Origin: Octopus sinensis
Lineage: Eukaryota
Direction of reading: 5' to 3'
Assembly (NCBI RefSeq): GCF_006345805.1
Contig: NC_043014.1
Span: 50,282,001 to 50,346,000 of the forward strand
Length of the DNA stretch: 64,000 nucleotides
The notes below the pieces were generated by a model that searched no databases, was not told where the DNA came from, and saw only the letters and a program-made list of their open reading frames with translations. The position numbers were made by a program, and so were the translations under genes. Below are positions 49,306-61,808 of this stretch, one piece after another (positions within the stretch are counted from its first letter, which is position 1; each line of letters starts with the position of its first letter).

Positions 49306-51075
49306 AAATTGCGGCGGTGGAAGGTGTTTATAAGCCATCAAAATATATGTATGTATTATAAATATATATTATATATATATATATAATATATATATTATAT
49401 ATATATATATAAATTGCAGCGTGGAAGGTGTTTATAAGCCATCAAACTGTCGTAGAACAGAAAATAACCCAGTTTAAGATTAATAACGTTAAATCGAAAT
49501 AGAAATAGAACAATGATAACGTTATCGAAAGGAGTAAATACCAATGGAGAACTTGATGGTAATGAATTTGATTGTACGATCAGTGATCAAGTTGAAACCA
49601 AATTTGATGGAAATATAAAAGGCTATCTATGCAACTGCTCTAAACGGGAATACTGTTATGTGAAATATGATTGTAAAACTAAAAATGTAATATATAGATG
49701 TATAGTTACATCTGAGGATAAGGAATTACTTTGCATCGGTGGGACATCATTACTTTTCAAGAGGAGACTGGAAAATCATTTGACTTCATTCAAAGACGAA
49801 AACAAAAGGCTCCAAACGAGTCTTAGCAAATTAATCTTGTCTTTCAAGGACAGTAACAAGGACTGTACGATTTAATGAGAGTTAACTTGTTCAGCAAAAT
49901 CATAGACTGTAATTACCGTAAGGTAACCTTCCTAGATGCGACCTTTAACTTAGAAACAGGCCTGTACGCACTATGCCACAAGCGGAATGAGTGCCTAAGA
50001 TACATAAGTGTTAAGTCTAACCATCCACCACCCATAACCAAAGCAATAGTTATTAGTATAGTCATCAGAATATCAAGATTATCAGCCACAGAGAAAATAT
50101 TCAACGCACATGCGCAATACTACAATGAAGCACTAATTATAAAAAGAAAAGATTTCGAGTTCGAACCTAAAGAAACGCAAAATAACCCTGACACGCATAC
50201 AACTAAGGTAGAATACACACAAATCTAAAACTTTTCAACAAGCGAATCGCAATAAAAAAAAAAAACCCCGAGAAACAATGAAAAGATAGGAGGATAGTAA
50301 ACATTTGGGGAAGCACTCCGTCGGTTACGACGACGAGGGTTCCGGTTGATCCGAATCAACGGAACAGCATGCTCGTGAAATTAACGTGCAAGTGGCTGAG
50401 CACTCCACAGACACGTGTACTCTTAACGTAGTTCTCAGGGATATTCAGCGTGACACAGAGAGTGACAAGGCCGGCCCTTTGAAATACAGGTACAACAGAA
50501 ACAGGAAGTAAGAGTGAGAGAAAGTTGTGGTGAAAGAGTACAGCAGGGATCACCACCATCCCCTGCCGGAGCCTCATGGAGCTTTAGGTGTTTTCGCTCA
50601 CAACGCCCGGTCTGGGAATCGAAACCGCGATCCTATGACCGCGAGTCCGCTGCCCTAACCACTGGGCCATTGCGCCTCCACCATAGTAAACATAACCCAA
50701 ATGAATAACGATAATAGAAAAACAGACACACAAAATGATAACAATGCGCAAAATAGACTGAAGGAACCAAACAAAAGATACGAAAATTCAGAAGTCCTAT
50801 AATCCAATTTTCGAACTGCCAATATCATCCAAGATAGGAAAGCAATTCCTTGCAGCATTGAATAGCTGATTCTCTAATACACATAAATATTATTGTATAT
50901 TCAAGAAGCATACAGGGAAAATATCGTACGCAACATCTAACAATATGGAGTACTACGTACATAAATACAAAAGTAGGAAAATAAACAAGCAAACAACGTC
51001 TGCTGACAATGAACAAACAAATGAAAACAGCACGGGATATAGGGTCACTAACAAAAACAAACAAAATAAAGAACA
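49306..51075 (+). mobile_element. Penelope-like element remnant (GIY-YIG endonuclease, RT thumb, linker), interrupted by SINE-C
   Basis: 49513-49875 CNC..C..C.TKNVIYRC.V..LCIGGTSLLFKRRLENHLTSF..LQTSLSKLI (GIY-YIG); 49875-50160 KVTFLDATFNLETGLY..YISVKSNHPPPI..RISRLS..IFN..YYNEAL (RT thumb); ~50790-50980 YNPIF..KIGKQFL..KISYATSNNM (linker). Confidence 0.85.
50305..50682 (-). mobile_element. SINE-C with tail type 1, 11-bp TSD
   Basis: Head gtggaggcgcaatggcccagtgg; tail ...cctcgtcgtcgtaaccgacggagtgcttc; TSD atagtaaacat at 50294-50304 and 50683-50693. Confidence 0.9.
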
Positions 51076-51974
51076 CAAAAACTGAACCCGGAACCATGTG
51101 GTTGGTAAGCAAGCTACTTACCACACAGCCACTCCTGTATAAGTATAATATATTTGATGTGGCAATGTATATGTTAAATGATTAAATGCATTCGCCCGAC
51201 ATAATCTACAGCGAGTTTGAAGTATAGACGCTGTTCTCACGAAGCACGCGTTTAAACTACTGAGGCATTCTACATCTTCCACCTCTAAGAATATGACAAA
51301 TAAGTTAAAGAAACCCATCTTATTTTAGTTGTATTTCTTATGGTCATTTAAATATATTTGCTGTTGTTTAGTTTCTCTTGTAATATCTTAAATTAAAAGT
51401 CAGCGCCGAACCAGTTGACTTACTTAAAGTGTCACACCAATCGTTAACAACCCTTATATATTTTTTTCCTGCTCTGTGATTTAAATTGAGATTAGTTCGA
51501 TCAAGCAGAATATTATTTTGCCCAGTATTGATATTCTGTTATAAACCATCGTTTTCACGTGGCTTGTTTTAGCTATTTGTGTGAACCAGTGCCCTACACG
51601 CTAAATGCTTTACTGAAATTACTAAAATATTCGAAGACATACAAAATGAAATTATACTGAACCTTGGCCCATCATCAACCGTGTTTCTGCTGAATAAAAA
51701 TAGAAAGGAAGTGTTTAGTCATATTCTAACCGCAACGCTGATATTTTAGAATACGTGTTTTAAATGAAATTATTTTACAGGATTCAAATATTCTATAACT
51801 AAGAAAATTTATCACCACTCTAAACATACAGCCCTTTCGTAACAAGATCTTGTCTTCTATCTTTCAGTTCTAGGCTCATAACATCCGCAAGTGGGCGCTA
51901 TAACAGGAGAGTTGAAACCTGAACTGAAATCATAAAACATCAATGTACCAGAATTCATTTAGATACAATGTCTA

Positions 51975-52139
51975 GGGCGTAGGAGCGTTTGTGTGGTAAG
52001 TAGCTTGCTTACGAACCACATGGTTCAGGGTTCAGTCCCACTGCGTGGCACCCTGGGCAAGTGCCTTCTGCTATAGCCTCAGGCCGATCAAAGCCTTGTG
52101 AGCGGATTTGGTAGATGGAAACTGAAAGAAGCCAGTCGT

Positions 52140-52176
<37 letters not shown>

Positions 52177-52288
52177 ATCACCGTGACCGCCCAGGCTATC
52201 AGATGTTGCTACACATCGCTGGTCACAATGCGCTTCGCATTGTTTTAGCCTTTAAATGACGCCACCCCGCTGGCTAAACGAGCAGGCC

Positions 52289-52319
<31 letters not shown>

Positions 52320-52537
52320 TATGATTGTGTGTGTGGGGGTGTGTCTGTGTTTGTCCCCTCAACATCGCTTGACAACCGATGCTGGTGTGTTTACGTCCCC
52401 GTAACTTAGCGGTTCGGCAAAAGGAGACCTATAGAATAAGTACTAGACTTACAGAGAATAAGTCCTGGGGACGATTTTGTCGACCAAACGCAATGCTCCA
52501 GCATGGCCAGAGTCAAATGACTGAAACAAGTAAAAGA
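51975..52537 (+). mobile_element. SINE-A, full length, carrying an insertion in its (TA)n
   Basis: Head at 51975, tail to ~52537. Confidence 0.9.
52176..52288 (-). mobile_element. Isolated SINE-C tail-2 fragment inside the (TA)n of SINE-A
   Basis: gtgaccgcccaggctatcagatgttgctacacatcgctggtcacaatgcgcttcgcattg matches 34513 and 40488. Confidence 0.85.
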
Positions 52538-52837
52538 TTAAGAGTAATCTCACATGTCAGAACCTCAGAGATCCCTTATATAATTTCAGCAGTGGAATCG
52601 TTTCGAAATATATCATATAATATATTCATATTAGTATGTTATGTCGGGGTTCTCTTCTTTCTGCAATACCAAATATTGGCTTCAGTGTATAGAATAAATA
52701 ATCCGTCCACTAAATAACCTAAACATCAAAAGACTACTTACAGACAAACGTGTTAGTAACGTAATTGTAACTGATGTAATTACTGACTGTAGCAGTTATG
52801 AAATCGCTTAGAAATACCCACAAATTATATATATATA

Positions 52838-52873
<36 letters not shown>

Positions 52874-53241
52874 TTATATGGGTACATATATATGCCTTTG
52901 TGTATATATGTGTATATATACAAATATATGTGTATATAATATATATATGTATATATATTATAATATGTATATATATATGTATATATATATATACATATAC
53001 ATATATAATATATATATATATATATCTGTATATATATACAGATATATATTTATATACAAATATAATGTATATATACCATATATATACACAAATGCATATA
53101 TATGTACCCATATAAAGATATTATATATATATATATATAATATATATATACATATATATGTGTGTGTGTATTTATATATATATATATATATAAATACACA
53201 CACACACACACATATATATATACCTATATAAAGATACATTA

Positions 53242-53279
<38 letters not shown>

Positions 53280-53555
53280 CACGTATGCACCCGTGTTTGT
53301 GTTTGTATGAGTGTGTGTGAGTGAGGTGTTTTTCTGACAACGCTAAGAAATTAAAAGACGTTCTGTCAAGGTGGTAAGAAGCAGAGATTTCGGCTAAAGT
53401 AAGCAACTGTTCGAGATAATATCATTACTCGCTGGCCTCTTCTCCTTCTCGAAAGAGCTGGCAATAGTCCCGCTCGGATAGAAAAAAAGCTAGAAGTTAA
53501 ATTATACAGTTTCCCGATAATTGATTGGACATACATACATACATACATACATAAA

Positions 53556-53590
<35 letters not shown>

Positions 53591-53613
53591 GTGTGTGTGT
53601 CTGTGTGTGTATG

Positions 53614-53650
<37 letters not shown>

Positions 53651-53822
53651 ATATATGTATGTATATGTATATATTTATGTATATATATGTATGTCTATAT
53701 ATACATGTATATATATATATATACGTATATACATGTATAAATACATATATATACATACACATATATATATATATATATGTGTGTATTAAAAAATATATGT
53801 ATGTATATGTATGTATATGTAT

Positions 53823-54227
53823 GCACAGGAGTGGCCGTGTGGTAAGTACTTGCTAACCAACCACACGGTTCCGGGTTCAATCTCACTGCGTGGCACCTTG
53901 GGCAACTGTCTTCTACTATAGCCCCGGGCTGACCAATGCCTTGTGAGTGGATTTGGTAGACGGAAACTGAAAGAAGCCCGTCGTATATATGTATATATAT
54001 GTGTGTTTATGTGTTTGTGTGTCTGTGTTTGTCTCCCAAGCATTGCTTGACAACCTTTGCTGGTGTGTTTACGTCCCCGTCACTTAGCGGTTCGGCAAAA
54101 GAGACCGATAGAATAAGTACTGGGCTTACAAAGAATATGTCCCGGGGTCGATTTGCTCGACTAAAAGGTGTTGCTCCAGCATGGCCGCAGTCAAATGACT
54201 GAAACAAGTAAAAGAGCAAAAAGAGAG
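53823..54227 (+). mobile_element. SINE-A, full length
   Basis: Complete head, core and tail. Confidence 0.9.
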
Positions 54228-54839
54228 TATGTAATCATGTATGTATATACAATTTTTAGATCTTGTCATGTACACCTTACGTATAAGGAAATCTCAAATG
54301 GTATGGTTGTTTATTAGAAATACATTGTGACCAGAAGTATCATGTCCGGATATGAGGTACAATCATCAGACGAAAAATAATTCAAAATGACATGATTGTT
54401 AATATTGCTCATATTAAGTTCTACGTTACTTGGCGTGTCAAAAAGCATAGGATTACATATTCGTATTAGTTTTGCGGGTTTGTGTCCTTTCCCTTGATTG
54501 TGTCCCGGAAGGATATGATTGGTATAAATGTTAATACGTTATGCTAGACCCAGGTGTAATGCAGCCTCGTGTAAGGGCGCTTTGGCGAACGGAATCTGCA
54601 TAAACTCTTGTTGGACGATCTGTATCTGTAATTTAATTTCGGCTCATATACATGAAATATGAGAAAAACAGACCGATCACTTACATCGATTCTAAGTACA
54701 TGACCGGTAGCTTCTTTAAGGAGCAATACGGCGTGAAACGCAAAAGAGAATTGTGTCATACTGTAAATCATAAATGTTATATGGAAAGGAGTAGGAGATG
54801 CATTAATCCGAATTTAAGAATGTGTACTTGGTTATAGCT

Positions 54840-54950
54840 GAAGGGGTATGGCTTGGTGGTTACAGAATAAGGCTCACACTCATGAGGTAGTGACTTCAAT
54901 TCCTGAACCGGGCTCTGTGTTCTGTTCTTGAGCAAGACTTTTTATATGTA
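54840..54950 (+). mobile_element. Old SINE-D-like fragment
   Basis: tggcttggtggttacagaat...gacttcaattcc...tgttcttgagcaagactttt, similar to 13927. Confidence 0.5.
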
Positions 54951-55074
54951 CACATTGATACATGCTCTAACACACATAGAATAATAATAAATGCTAGAAA
55001 TAGTTGCATTTATCTACCTTTCACCTGCCTACCCACACTATACTGTCTCAGAAACGGAGGGCTTCATTCCATAA

Positions 55075-55498
55075 TCTTTTCTTTATTGCCAACAGGAGGG
55101 GGCTAAACATAGAGAGGACAAACAAGGACAGACAAACGGATTTAGTCGATTATATCGACGTCAGTGCGTAACTGGTACTTAATTTATCGACCCCGAAAGG
55201 ATGGAAGGCAAAGTCGACTTCGGCGGAATTTGAACACAGAACGTAACGGCAGACGAAATACCTATTTCTTTATTACCCACAAGGGGCTAAACACAGAGTG
55301 GACAAACAAGGACGAACAAATGAATTAAGTCTATTATATCAACCCCAGTGCGTAAGTGGTACTTAATTTATCGACCCCGAAAGGATGAAAGGCAAAGTCG
55401 ACCTCGGCGGAATTTGAACTCAGAACGTAGCGGCAGACGAAATACCGCTAAGCATTTCGCCCGGCGTGTTAACGATTCTGCCAGCTCGCCGCCCTTAA
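55075..55498 (-). mobile_element. SINE-B dimer bounded by one ~16-bp TSD
   Basis: Two units joined at gacgaaatac|ctatttctttattaccc; flanks gggcttcattccataa (55059-55074) and ggacttcattccataa (55499-55514). Confidence 0.9.
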
Positions 55499-55630
55499 GG
55501 ACTTCATTCCATAAGGTAATTCACAAAGAACAGCAATTAGTCGGAATTGGAACATCATTGATCAGAGTTCTGATCGATGTTAGCTGGACTCAGCAAATAC
55601 AGCAAGACATGTTGCTGCTTGTTGTTGTTG

Positions 55631-55797
55631 TTGTTAAGCAACAAGACGGGTAAGGGTGATTAGGTGATGGTCTAGGGCTTAGGGGTGGGAGACCCTAGAC
55701 CTTGGAAAAAAAACTTGTTAAGCAACAAGACGGATAAGGGTGATTAGGTGATGGTCTAGGTCTTAGGGGCGGGAGACCCCAGACTTTGGAAAAAACT
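55631..55797. repeat. 84-bp tandem duplication next to (GTT)n
   Basis: ttgttaagcaacaagacgg.taagggtgattaggtgatggtctagg starts at 55631 and 55715. Confidence 0.9.
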
Positions 55798-57049
55798 TTG
55801 GTCGTCTTGTTGTAGTCGAGGGCTCTTCGTTGACGCCCGACACCACTGGGAGGTGTCCCTCGAAGTTGCTGGAAATGGAGAACTCCAGGTCCAAATTCTT
55901 GAACGGCTGTTGCTGTTTGTGAAAGGTTTGCCCTTATTTCCAATGTATTTCGGATAAAGTAATAACAGGTATTGTTTGTAATTTTATTAAGCGTATTATT
56001 TAAACGTTGCTTGGCTACTATATCGAACGGGTCAGAAACCACGTATACTCATCTTAACGTTTCTTTTCTTCACCTACACTTGTACCGAGGTCAGAACGAA
56101 TCGCGATGACTTGGTCTGATATTTGAGAAGCCAAAATTATTTATTTGATAATTGACTCAGCTTTACTCACCCTTGGTCGAAATAAGTAAATATTTAAACA
56201 GCATTTATATATAATATATTTCCATCGTCTAGGACTACTGCCAAATTTGCCATAATCGTAAAACATATTTCTAACAAGAACATTATAATGAGCGTGTCTG
56301 TCCAGCTTTTATACGTATTCGGTGCTTGGCATTTCATGACACGAATCAAACTTTTCTATGGCCTAAATTATAACCTTCTACTAACACCTATTAAGAATTT
56401 ATATTGGTGCCAATTAACACCGGGAACTTCAAAACAGTTTGGTAAGTCAAATATTGATTTTGTAAAAAAAAAAATGATAATAAAGCATAAGAAATATAAT
56501 AAATAAATAAACAAGATGGTTAACTATTTTGCAAAAGAATTTTACGTTTGCTTGTGATCTTCTAGGTGAGTGTTTTCTCTTCAATTTTATTAATTTTTTG
56601 TTGTATTAAATGTGGCACATCGGGCCTTCGTTGCTGAGTTTTTTTATATCATTTTAAGTTTTTGTATTGTTTTCTTTTACCTGAAAATTGCTCCTAATTG
56701 TTTTTCAATTTTAATTTTTTTTTTTAATTGTTTCTAATTGTTTTTAGCACAACCCTTTGCCCTATTTCTAGAATAAGGGTTTATCATGATCCTTGAATAA
56801 TTTCTGAATCTTTTACAAACCTATCTTACAGGGTAACGTAATAAATTCTGAGAGAAAGACAGCGAAGCAGAGAGAGAAGAGGGGTCAGGAGAGTGATGTA
56901 ATGAGAGAGAGAAAAGGGAGAAAAAGTGAGGAAGGGAATTCGTAGAAAGAGAGGAGAGAGAGAAGAGAGTTAGGAAATTAGATAATAAAGGAAAGAACGA
57001 AAAAGAGAGAATGCGGAAGAGAGAGGCAGGAAGGTCAAGGAAGTGAAAG

Positions 57050-57085
<36 letters not shown>

Positions 57086-57897
57086 AGACAGACAGACAGA
57101 CAGACAGAGGAAGCGGAGAATAGAAATGGAAATATAGAGCTCCAATACATGACTGATAATTTATGTATCGGCTCCGAAATGTTGAATAATAAAGCTGACC
57201 GCAGTTTGGATATGAACGTATACCCAAACACTGAAGAAACCCTGAACAAACACACCTCCAAAAATAATCTCTTAACAACAGCCATCCGTCTCTGCGAGAG
57301 ATTTCTTAGTTTCTCGGTGATGTCGTAGAAGTCTTTTTTACGTCATTTAATAATCTCCTGGTAATAATGTTCACAGGTAATTAGCAAAAAACTATTTCGC
57401 TCTTCTGTTCACACCTAACTTCATATATTTTTCACGTCCATTAGTTAGCGTTAAAAAACTGGAAGCCATTTTATATGGTTGCATGGTGCACGAGGAATGA
57501 CAGTGAAATTTCTTTCACACTGCATCATGCTCTTTGAAAACACGTGATGGTTGTTATATTTGGCTTTGAGCAATCGGGTCCTAGATATACAAACCGGTAG
57601 AATAATGTTTAACTCAGGACAGATCAGTTACTACACACCTGGGGTTAAACCACAATCAGATAACCGCTACATTCAGAGTGCATCTATAAAAATCGATTCA
57701 CCAGTCGATTGATTTGTCTGTATTGCGATATGTTATAAATTACTGGCAAATTTCCCTCAGAATATGCGTCTTAGATGAACTATTGGATTTGTTGGACTGC
57801 ATTTAGGGGAAACGCAAGATAGAACCGTGATTAAAGTTCTGCCCACTGAGTTTAAACTGGCGTCAAATAACTTGAAAAAAGGTAAAGAAAACATATT

Positions 57898-58088
57898 AAA
57901 CAGGAGCACTCAGAGAGCGCAAACCTCCGCCAAGGCAACACCAATGTCCCATCAGCGATTAGCCGAAGATAAATTTTAAAATGAGAATATCTGAAATGAT
58001 CTCGACTGCTCTCCCAAACGAGAATATTAAAAATTGAATCTGCCTACTCTCAAAAATTAAGTTAAAAAATCGGAAAAATAATCCAGAA
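57898..58088 (+). mobile_element. Interspersed non-autonomous repeat (same family as 17490-17709)
   Basis: Alignable over ~190 bp by eye to the minus-strand copy at 17490-17709. Confidence 0.65.
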
Positions 58089-58389
58089 GATTGAAAAAGG
58101 TAAAAGAATAAACGAATAAAAGAATAAAAGAATTTCTTTTATTTTTCATTCTCTTCTTTCAGTCATTGGATTGTGACCATACTGGATCACCGCCTTGAAA
58201 GTTTCTTAGTCGACCAAACCGACTCCCAGTAGGTATTTCTTAAGCCTAGTATATATTCCGTGGGACTCTTTCACAGAACCCACAAGTTGTGACTGCCAAG
58301 CAATGATATGCGTGTGTGAGTTGGCGGGAGCTGAACAAAAGTACAGACACAAGACAAGGGTATGCATCTTCCTTATATGTGCCAAGAAA

Positions 58390-58935
58390 TCTGCATCTTA
58401 TCCACATGATTCCGCATTCAGTCCCCGTGTGTGGTAATTTGTGTGTCTTCTACTATCGTCTCGCGCCAACCAAATCGTTGTGAGTGGTAGACGGAAACTG
58501 AAAGAAGCCCGTCGTGACCGCTATATCCACGAGTTTTTTTTTTAATTCTCTCTCCGATTATTTCCACATGTTCCTCTCTGTTGAAGATCGTAGGTTCGAA
58601 ACTTAAAAGATTTTCTCACCTTTCCGAAGCGTCAAACTAATACATCTGTTTGTTGTTTATACACCTGTATTTGTCTTTTGATTTTTGGTAAATTTCAACT
58701 ATATGTGTGTGTATGTGTATGTGTCTTTATGTATATGTTTGTCCCCAAACACTGCTTGATAACCGTCGTTGGTTTGTTTACATCCCACTAACTTAACACT
58801 TTGATTAAAGAGTTCCGACAAAACAAGTACCAGGTTTTTTAAAAAATGTACTGGCGCCAATTCGTTTGACTAAAAGCATTTCAAGGCGGTGCCCCAGCAT
58901 GGTCACAGTCTAATAACTGAAACAAGTGAAAGAAT
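58390..58935 (+). mobile_element. Old SINE-A-related copy interrupted by a Penelope-like fragment
   Basis: Head and core to ...gaaagaagcccgtcg (58514); tail resumes at ~58730. Confidence 0.65.
58515..58720 (+). mobile_element. Penelope-like 3'/pLTR fragment with decayed hammerhead-like motif
   Basis: ctgttgaagatcgtaggttcgaaacttaaaag...ccgaagcgtcaaactaata parallels ccgacgaagagctccgctcgaaacgttaa...ctgagcgtccaataata at 6071. Confidence 0.5.
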
Positions 58936-59822
58936 ATATATATATCCATGCAGAGGAACGCAACCTGAAACCACTCCATGGCTCGCCGAGATTCTTAACC
59001 ACATAGTCATACGTTCGCAAACATATATGATGGCGGTGAGAGAGAAAATCAAAAATAGACGTTTTATATTGGAAACAATGTCGGAGAATCTAGAGAATGA
59101 GTTAAATAGAAGACAACGCCATGACAGGCGTGTAGAATTACTTGTACCTCTTCACGATATACGTTCAAATCCAGGTTGTGGTTCAGTTGTTATTTCATAA
59201 TTTTCCAGGATCTATAAAGTAAATACTAATCAAATACGAGTAATAGATGTATTTGATTATCTTTTCCCTTGAAAAAGTTATGGCCTTGTGTGTGTCTGTG
59301 TTAGAAACTTCTATAATGGAACAGAAATGTTCAATGGATTCTACTGTATTTTTACATCGGCGCTGATTACTTTGTGCGTTAATATATAAGGGCCTAACAA
59401 TTGCAGTCTGTGATGATTACACAACGGGAACAATAGACGCAGCAACCATAATGGCAACAAAGAAAGAAGCGACTATAAACAGCGGCAACAATAGGAGTAG
59501 TAAGAGAAAGCATTATGGGAGACCTTAACACAAAGGAACAGTAATATACACACGTACACACATATATGCACATACATACATATATATAATAAATATATAT
59601 GTGTGTATATATACACATAAACCATATATATATATATATAATATATATTATATATATAATATATATATACATATATATATATATATAGATGTGTATATAT
59701 GTATATATATCTATGTATATATATACATAGGTATATATATATGTGAAAAATCTTCATACAAAAGAACACAGATTATATATATATATTTGTATATATATAC
59801 ATATATCCATATATATTATATA

Positions 59823-59859
<37 letters not shown>

Positions 59860-59925
59860 ATATATACACACACATATATATATATAATATATATCTACCT
59901 ATATATACACATATATATAATACAG

Positions 59926-60001
<76 letters not shown>

Positions 60002-60409
60002 TGTGTGTATATCAACGCGTGAGAGTGTGTGTGTTGTGTGTGTGTGTGTGTGTGTGTTGGATGTTACATCATCTGAATCAATTTTATTATTCTATATCCC
60101 GTTTAGGAAAACCAAAATTGAAAGTAAAAAAAAAAAAACAGAACATACAAAAGATGAAAAAAAAAAAAGATAGAGAATTGACTATATGCCAGATTTGTCA
60201 ATAAACTATAGATGATGTTTAAAGGAAAACAAACGAGTAAACACGAGCGCCAACAGCAGCAACATCATCAGCAGCAGCAGCAGCCGCAGTAGCAGCAGTC
60301 TACGCAGCAGCCGTAGTAGTGATTATAATATTCTCGATGATAACAATGAAATTATAACAATATATATATATATATATATATATACATACCCCTCCATATG
60401 TGTCTATAC

Positions 60410-60481
<72 letters not shown>

Positions 60482-60629
60482 ATATATATGTGTGTGTATA
60501 TGGTATAGTATATTATTTGGCGCGAAAACAAGAATAATGATTTTTATCCAAACAAGAGAATTAGTAGTCGTAGGGTATAGATTATTGTACAAACTCCTAT
60601 ACATATCTCGTATGTAGTTTAATCGATCT

Positions 60630-60658
60630 TGCATTATTATTATATATTATTATTATTA

Positions 60659-60695
<37 letters not shown>

Positions 60696-60837
60696 CTATT
60701 ATATTATTATTATTATTATCATCATCATCATCATTATTGTTATTATCATCAACATCATCATTATTATTATAATATCATCATCATCATCATCATCATTATT
60801 ATATATTATATGTATTATTATATTATTATTATTATTA

Positions 60838-60885
<48 letters not shown>

Positions 60886-61194
60886 CATCATCATCATTAT
60901 TATTATTATCATCAACATCATCATTATTATTATAATTATCATCATCATCATCATCATCATTATTATTATTATTATTATTGTTGTTGTTGTCGTCGTCGTC
61001 ATCATCATCATCATCATCATCTTAATTCTTATTACCTTCATTATTACTATCATTAGACTGAGGACTACTTTGCCATTTATCCCTTCGGGGCCGATGTAAC
61101 AAATACCAGTAGAGCAGGCTTTGTGTCTAGAGTATATGTTATTATATTATTGTTGTTTTTATTCCTATTATTATTATATTATTATTATTATTAC

Positions 61195-61228
<34 letters not shown>
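60630..61228. repeat. (ATT)/(ATC)n compound microsatellite
   Basis: Direct reading. Confidence 0.9.
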
Positions 61229-61521
61229 TTTGCCTTTGCACAACTTCTAACGCTAGAGATGTACGACAGTGTCAGCTTCCAGAGTATTCGAGCACCTTCC
61301 GGAGTATTCGAGCGGTTCCAAGCAGTGCTGTTTAATGTAAGTGCTCCACCCTTATTACAGCCCCTATCTGGTTCACGTACTTCTCGAGATTTTATGCTCA
61401 CTGTTCCCAGGGCTCCGACAATTATTGGTAATACTGCTACCTGTTTTCGTTGACCACAACTGCTTAACTTCCCAAGCTAACCTGTCATATCTCTCGACTT
61501 TTCTTTCTTCCTTATCGCATA
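61229..61521 (-). mobile_element. 5'-truncated R4/Dong-clade LINE 3' end with (AAT)n tail
   Basis: Minus strand CDKEERKVERYDRLAWEVKQLWS..VAVLPIIVGALGTVS..LEKYVNQIGAVIRVEHLH*TALLGTARILRKVLE, then (AAT)n. Confidence 0.8.
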
Positions 61522-61522
61522 C

Positions 61523-61808
61523 TTTGTGAGTGGATTTGGTAGACGGAAACTGAATGAAGCCCGTCGTATATATGTATAACTACGTATGTAAGTGTATGTA
61601 TGTTTGTGTGTCTGTCCACCCAACATCCTTTGACAACTGATGCTGGTGAGTTTACATCCCCGTAACTTAACGGTTCGGCAAAAGTGGCCGATAGAATGAG
61701 TACTAGGCTTACAAAGAATATGTCCTGGGTTCGAGTTGCTCAACTAAAGACGGTGCTCTAGCATTGCCGCAGTCAAATGACAGAAACAAGTAAAGGATTA
61801 AAAGAGTA
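61523..61808 (+). mobile_element. SINE-A lacking its head
   Basis: ctttgtgagtggatttggtagacggaaactg...gaaacaagtaaaggattaaaagag. Confidence 0.85.
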
